Positions 60,131-64,000 of a stretch of DNA of 64,000 nucleotides are shown piece after piece. The notes beneath the pieces were generated by a model. The model ran no database searches. It had not been told where the DNA came from and was given only the letters and a program-made list of their open reading frames with translations. The DNA is from Acidobacteriota bacterium (GTDB lineage Bacteria; Acidobacteriota; UBA890; WLXD01), in assembly GCA_963666055.2 (NCBI GenBank), contig CAXWPH010000015.1, positions 832,001-896,000 on the forward strand, in the 5' to 3' direction. The position numbers and the translations under genes are program-made. How positions within the stretch are numbered: the first letter of the stretch is position 1; each line of letters begins with the position of its first letter.

Positions 60131-61522
60131 CTATCGCTGGCCATGATCGAGCGCCAAGGGATGAACGTAGTCCGGGTCGAGGCCCGCCTTGCGCACCGCG
60201 ATGCCAACCAGGCAGGCATTCAGCGCAGCATTCGCATGCATTATCGACAGTCGAGAGGAATCCAGCATCGGGGCCATGTCCGTGATTTCAAAACCGACGA
60301 TCTCTTTCGCCGCGCACACATGGCGGACTGCCTGGGTCACTTCCTCAAGACCCAAGCCATTGTGCGTTGCACGCCCAGCCGCAACCATCTCGGCAGGGTT
60401 AACGACGCTGACATCGATCGAGACGAAATAGGCGTCGGGGCCTCTGGCGACTTCCTGCAGTACCCGTTGCATAACTCTCTCGGATCCGCGTTGCCGGAAT
60501 TCAGCCATCGTGTGGTAGCGGACACCCTGGTCACGCAGCCATTGCAGTGTGTCCGCATCTACCGCGGGTCCGCGTAAGCCAACCTGGACGGTTTCGCTGC
60601 CTTCCACGATGCCCTCGTCCAACAGCAGGAAAAGCGCCTGACGGTCAGAAATCGTATGGTCACCGTTGCGCTCGGCATCTGGGTGGGCGCTGAAGTGCAG
60701 CAATCCAAAGCTCCCATTTCCGTGTACCCGGGCGACGCCACTGACGGCAGGATAGAGCAAGGACGTATCACCGCCGACCAGCATCGGGATGGCGCCGGTG
60801 CGCGCGGTTTCGGCAACCATGGCGGCAACGTGGTTGACGGTTCTTTCTGTGCTCATCTGGTCGACAGCAAAATCACCGTAGTCGACCACGGAGAGTGTTT
60901 CGAACGGCTTCACCAGGGATTGCACGTCTGGCATGGCAATGGTGTTCAGGCCACGCATTTCGCTCGGGCCGTTTTTAGCGTCGCGCCGGCCGCTGCTCGC
61001 ATTCCCTGGCACGCCGACGATCGCCACGTCCACATTGCCTGCGACGAGATCTTCCGGCCAGATGGCGACATCGGCGCCACCAAACGTAGGTACACCGGTT
61101 TTCGGAAACAGGTAACGGTGCACGCTGAACGGGCCCGGCTCACGTTCGAAATCGCGCAACAATGCCGGTGTAGGCATGGCCCCACCGAAACTCTTGGTAG
61201 TGAGGTTGAGGGGTGCCGCGCCCATGTCTCGCTCCGGGTCATAACCCATTTTGTCGGCGAGCGACATCAGGTCGTCCAGCAGAGATCGCAGGCTGTTTGC
61301 ATCACGCGTGGCGAGTTCGTGTTCGAGCTGCCGCTCCGGAATATATTTGAGTATCGCGCCTGATGTAATGAACTCGATCTGTTCATCATTCAGCACGCTC
61401 GCTTGCGCCTGCAGCTCGCCCGGTATGGACCGTTGCCCAAGCGCGGTTTCAACGGAGAGCAGCAGCAATGCCGAACAAATTGTGAGCAGAGCACGATGCG
61501 TCAACAATCGTCGAGAGATCAT
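60131..61522 (-). CDS. Exported ureohydrolase paralogue with degenerate metal site
   Basis: GGDTS, FSAHPD, SIDVS, ITDMAP replace canonical motifs; collinear with neighbour. Confidence 0.88.
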   Translation of the reverse strand: MISRRLLTHRALLTICSALLLLSVETALGQRSIPGELQAQASVLNDEQIEFITSGAILKYIPERQLEHELATRDANSLRSLLDDLMSLADKMGYDPERDMGAAPLNLTTKSFGGAMPTPALLRDFEREPGPFSVHRYLFPKTGVPTFGGADVAIWPEDLVAGNVDVAIVGVPGNASSGRRDAKNGPSEMRGLNTIAMPDVQSLVKPFETLSVVDYGDFAVDQMSTERTVNHVAAMVAETARTGAIPMLVGGDTSLLYPAVSGVARVHGNGSFGLLHFSAHPDAERNGDHTISDRQALFLLLDEGIVEGSETVQVGLRGPAVDADTLQWLRDQGVRYHTMAEFRQRGSERVMQRVLQEVARGPDAYFVSIDVSVVNPAEMVAAGRATHNGLGLEEVTQAVRHVCAAKEIVGFEITDMAPMLDSSRLSIMHANAALNACLVGIAVRKAGLDPDYVHPLALDHGQR

Positions 61523-61561
61523 ATTGTCCGCCTGACTCCAATTGATGGAATTCGAATCTTC

Positions 61562-62602
61562 TTATCGCCAGAACACCATGATGCGTTCCACGGTCCAGAT
61601 AATCGTAGTGCCACCGACGGTATAAGCCAGCGGCTGTTCAATTCTTCGCAGCCAGTCGAGCGGCTTGAGTTCCTTAACCTGTCTCGAGTTGGTACTTTCA
61701 ATAAAGCTCAGCTGTCCTATAAGCGACGTTATGATCCAGACAGTCGCGATGATGACGCCGACAAACAGAAGCTGACCAATTTCTACGCCGACATTAAACG
61801 CCAGCAGCGCGGCTGGCACTTCCGTCTGGGGGAGACCGATCTCACTCAACGCCGAGGCAAAACCAAAACCGTGTAGCAAACCAAATGATGCCGACACCAC
61901 GATGGGATAACGCCAGGTCAGCGTGTCGCGGCGCTGCAGTGCGATCTCTCGCGCCAGGAACACAATGGACAGTGCAATAACCGCCTCGATCGGAGGTATC
62001 GGCAATCGCACCAGGTCCAGGGCGGCCAGGGTCAGGGTAATGGAATGAGCGAGAGTAAAGCCGGTGATGGTGATCAGGATGCGGTGTCCGGTGCCTGCGA
62101 TCAGCACCAGGCAGGCGATAAACAACAAATGATCAATCCCACCCAGGATGTGTTCGATCCCAAATACCGTGTAGGTCCTTGCCACCTCCAAGCGCGATAG
62201 GGACTCGCCCACTACGAAGGAAGGATTGGCCGCCAGCAGTCGGGCAACGATGGTGGTGCCGTCCAGCCGCTCGATGCGCACCAGTACCTCGGTAGACGCC
62301 GTAGACAAGCCTTCGATGACAATTTCTGAGCCGGCCAGACCACCACTACTACTTATAGAATAACGTTCGATGTAGGCGCCACCGATCATAGAACCGCGGA
62401 CCGTACTGATCCTGTCAACGTCGGCCGGGAATCTAACATAGAGGCCGAGGCGTCGATCACCCAGGGCCGGCACCTTCCACAACACCTCGAAGACTTCATC
62501 ACTGGACTGTCGCAGCTGCAGAAATGCCGGGCGGTACTCGTCTGCCTGTACAGTTCCAACCGACAGGAGCATAAGAAGGGCGATGAGCAAGAATCTATTC
62601 AT
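61562..62602 (-). CDS. HupE/UreJ-family membrane protein with N-terminal periplasmic domain
   Basis: GIEHILGGIDHLLF, FTLAHSITL, FGLLHGFGFA, FNVGVEIGQL. Confidence 0.9.
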   Translation of the reverse strand: MNRFLLIALLMLLSVGTVQADEYRPAFLQLRQSSDEVFEVLWKVPALGDRRLGLYVRFPADVDRISTVRGSMIGGAYIERYSISSSGGLAGSEIVIEGLSTASTEVLVRIERLDGTTIVARLLAANPSFVVGESLSRLEVARTYTVFGIEHILGGIDHLLFIACLVLIAGTGHRILITITGFTLAHSITLTLAALDLVRLPIPPIEAVIALSIVFLAREIALQRRDTLTWRYPIVVSASFGLLHGFGFASALSEIGLPQTEVPAALLAFNVGVEIGQLLFVGVIIATVWIITSLIGQLSFIESTNSRQVKELKPLDWLRRIEQPLAYTVGGTTIIWTVERIMVFWR

Positions 62603-62615
62603 CGTCGGCCACTTC

Positions 62616-63527
62616 CTAATCCTCGCGGGAACTTGCAGCGACAGCGCTCAGGTCGGACGCAGTCGGTTCAGCAAGCGTCACAATATAACGCTCACGCAAG
62701 GCGCTATAAGAAGCTTCGTTGGTCTCTTCGCGTTTCGCAGACGTCCAATCCCGTGACACGAGATCTCGAATATCATCAAGCGGAGGAACGATGCCTTCAA
62801 CCCGTTCAGTAAGCTTGACCAGGTGTAATCCAAAGTCGGATTCAATGGGTCCCTGCCAGCTGCCGACTGGCAACGATTGTAGTCCCGCTAAAAACTGGCT
62901 TCCCATGGCACGCAGTATCTGGCGCTCATAGGCCTTGTTGAACTGCGACAGCAATAATCGATCGCCCAGCAGAGCCGTATCGATGCTGGCATTGGAGTCG
63001 TCGCCAGGCCCCGTCGTATCAGGCTGTCGCAGTTCAGCTAACAGAAAGTCTGCGTCTGCCTCAGCCGAGCTACCACGCTCGCTGACATTGAAATAGACCT
63101 GCTCAAAACTGAAACGAGTTTGCTCACGGAATCGTTCCTGATGTGTTGCCAGAAAAGCCTCCAGTTCGGCCTCAGTGGGTTCCCCCAGTCTGGCGACATC
63201 TTCGGTAAGAAATGCCAGCTTCTGTTGCAAACGCTGCCGGATGATGGGGTCGTCACGATCGAGACCCATAGCCAGCGCCTCGCGGTACATGACCTCTCCA
63301 CGAATGTGGGCCTGTAGCAGACCATCCAGTTCCTGTTCTGTGGGCGGGCGTTGCCAGTCTCTCTCGAATCCCACAATCAGCGCATCGATGTGGCCCTCGG
63401 TGATGACTATTTCTTCCAGAGGCTGGTTGCCGGAGAATCCAGCATCGGAGACCAATTGGTAAGTACCGAACATCGCCGCACCTAGCAGCAGGAAATACAA
63501 TAGGGGTTCTCGTAGAATGTTTCTCAT
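62616..63527 (-). CDS. PpiC-type peptidyl-prolyl isomerase (rotamase) protein
   Basis: LREPLLYF, YREALAMGLDRDDPIIRQRL, WQGPIESDFGLHLV. Confidence 0.88.
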   Translation of the reverse strand: MRNILREPLLYFLLLGAAMFGTYQLVSDAGFSGNQPLEEIVITEGHIDALIVGFERDWQRPPTEQELDGLLQAHIRGEVMYREALAMGLDRDDPIIRQRLQQKLAFLTEDVARLGEPTEAELEAFLATHQERFREQTRFSFEQVYFNVSERGSSAEADADFLLAELRQPDTTGPGDDSNASIDTALLGDRLLLSQFNKAYERQILRAMGSQFLAGLQSLPVGSWQGPIESDFGLHLVKLTERVEGIVPPLDDIRDLVSRDWTSAKREETNEASYSALRERYIVTLAEPTASDLSAVAASSRED

Positions 63528-63553
63528 AGTGTACTGCTTCTCAATTTGCTGAG

Positions 63554-63631
63554 TTATGCGCAGAACCTGTACCAGATCGGTGAAGTACAGGCACGCTCCT
63601 GACCACTCATGTACATCGTGTCGGACATCGG
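63554..63631 (-). pseudogene. C-terminal remnant of DUF3604 protein
   Basis: Manual translation PMSDTMYMSGQERACTSPIWYRFCA-stop matches the QERAxTSPIWY terminus. Confidence 0.7.
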
Positions 63632-63904
63632 GATTATTAAGACTCGAACTCGAAATTATCCAGGTAGGAAAGCAACTCGTTCAGCTTGGATGGCCGGGTA
63701 TAGGCAGAATAAAGACTGTCGCCATTCAAGTCTACGCATTCTTTGTCAGGAAATATTATCCTGTCTTGCTCCAAAACCTTCAGAAATCTCCCTAAAGTGC
63801 CACGACATTAACCAAGATTGCGATTCATTAGCCTTCCGATTAGCGACGCTCGAATTAGTTGCTATCTCAGGCCGAAGCTCGCTGCCTCCGTGCTAACCTG
63901 CTTC

Positions 63905-63965
63905 ATGGCGTAACCTCCTGCCGCTCGTGGCGGCGTTGTGTGTTCCTACTCGGAGGTTACGCCAT
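63905..63965 (-). repeat. 14-bp perfect inverted repeat occluding GGAGG-ATG, probable IS transposase leader remnant
   Basis: ATGGCGTAACCTCC (63905-63918) pairs with GGAGGTTACGCCAT (63952-63965); minus-strand ORF MKQVSTEAASFGLR then stops. Confidence 0.55.
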
Positions 63966-64000
63966 CTCTATTTCCACAGGACGCGGGCCGGATCCAGCGG

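Noticed and set aside
63528-63900. Guanidine riboswitch upstream of the ureohydrolase operon
   Set aside because: No paired ACGR hairpins or ykkC-like consensus recognisable by eye; an Rfam scan would be needed to exclude it

Overview
GC-rich bacterial DNA with no rRNA, tRNA or CRISPR array visible. Gene content suggests an Acidobacteriota-like environmental heterotroph (inference from the DUF1592-DUF1552-ankyrin triad, DUF1553-DUF1501 pair, several PQQ dehydrogenases and PD40 proteins). The window is mostly accessory exported hydrolases and oxidoreductases, interspersed with gene remnants, one complete 174-bp MITE and several solo MITE-like ends. Several otherwise intact genes carry single small frameshifts, mostly in short homopolymers, which look like long-read errors. 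The best novel-system candidate is a lower-GC operon at 58.5-63.5 kb: PPIase, HupE/UreJ, a metal-ligand-degenerate ureohydrolase and a ligand-intact ureohydrolase, both ureohydrolases with signal peptides. This resembles an exported analogue of the Ni-dependent active/inactive MfmAB-type guanidino hydrolases. Second is a Dlt/Alg-like acylation cassette (MBOAT-SGNH fusion, ACP, FAAL) beside a chorismate-lyase-like gene and an MMPL transporter. Third is a PQQ dehydrogenase with the lanthanide-type Asp, coupled to a dihaem cytochrome c. All family assignments come from motif recognition by eye, not database searches.
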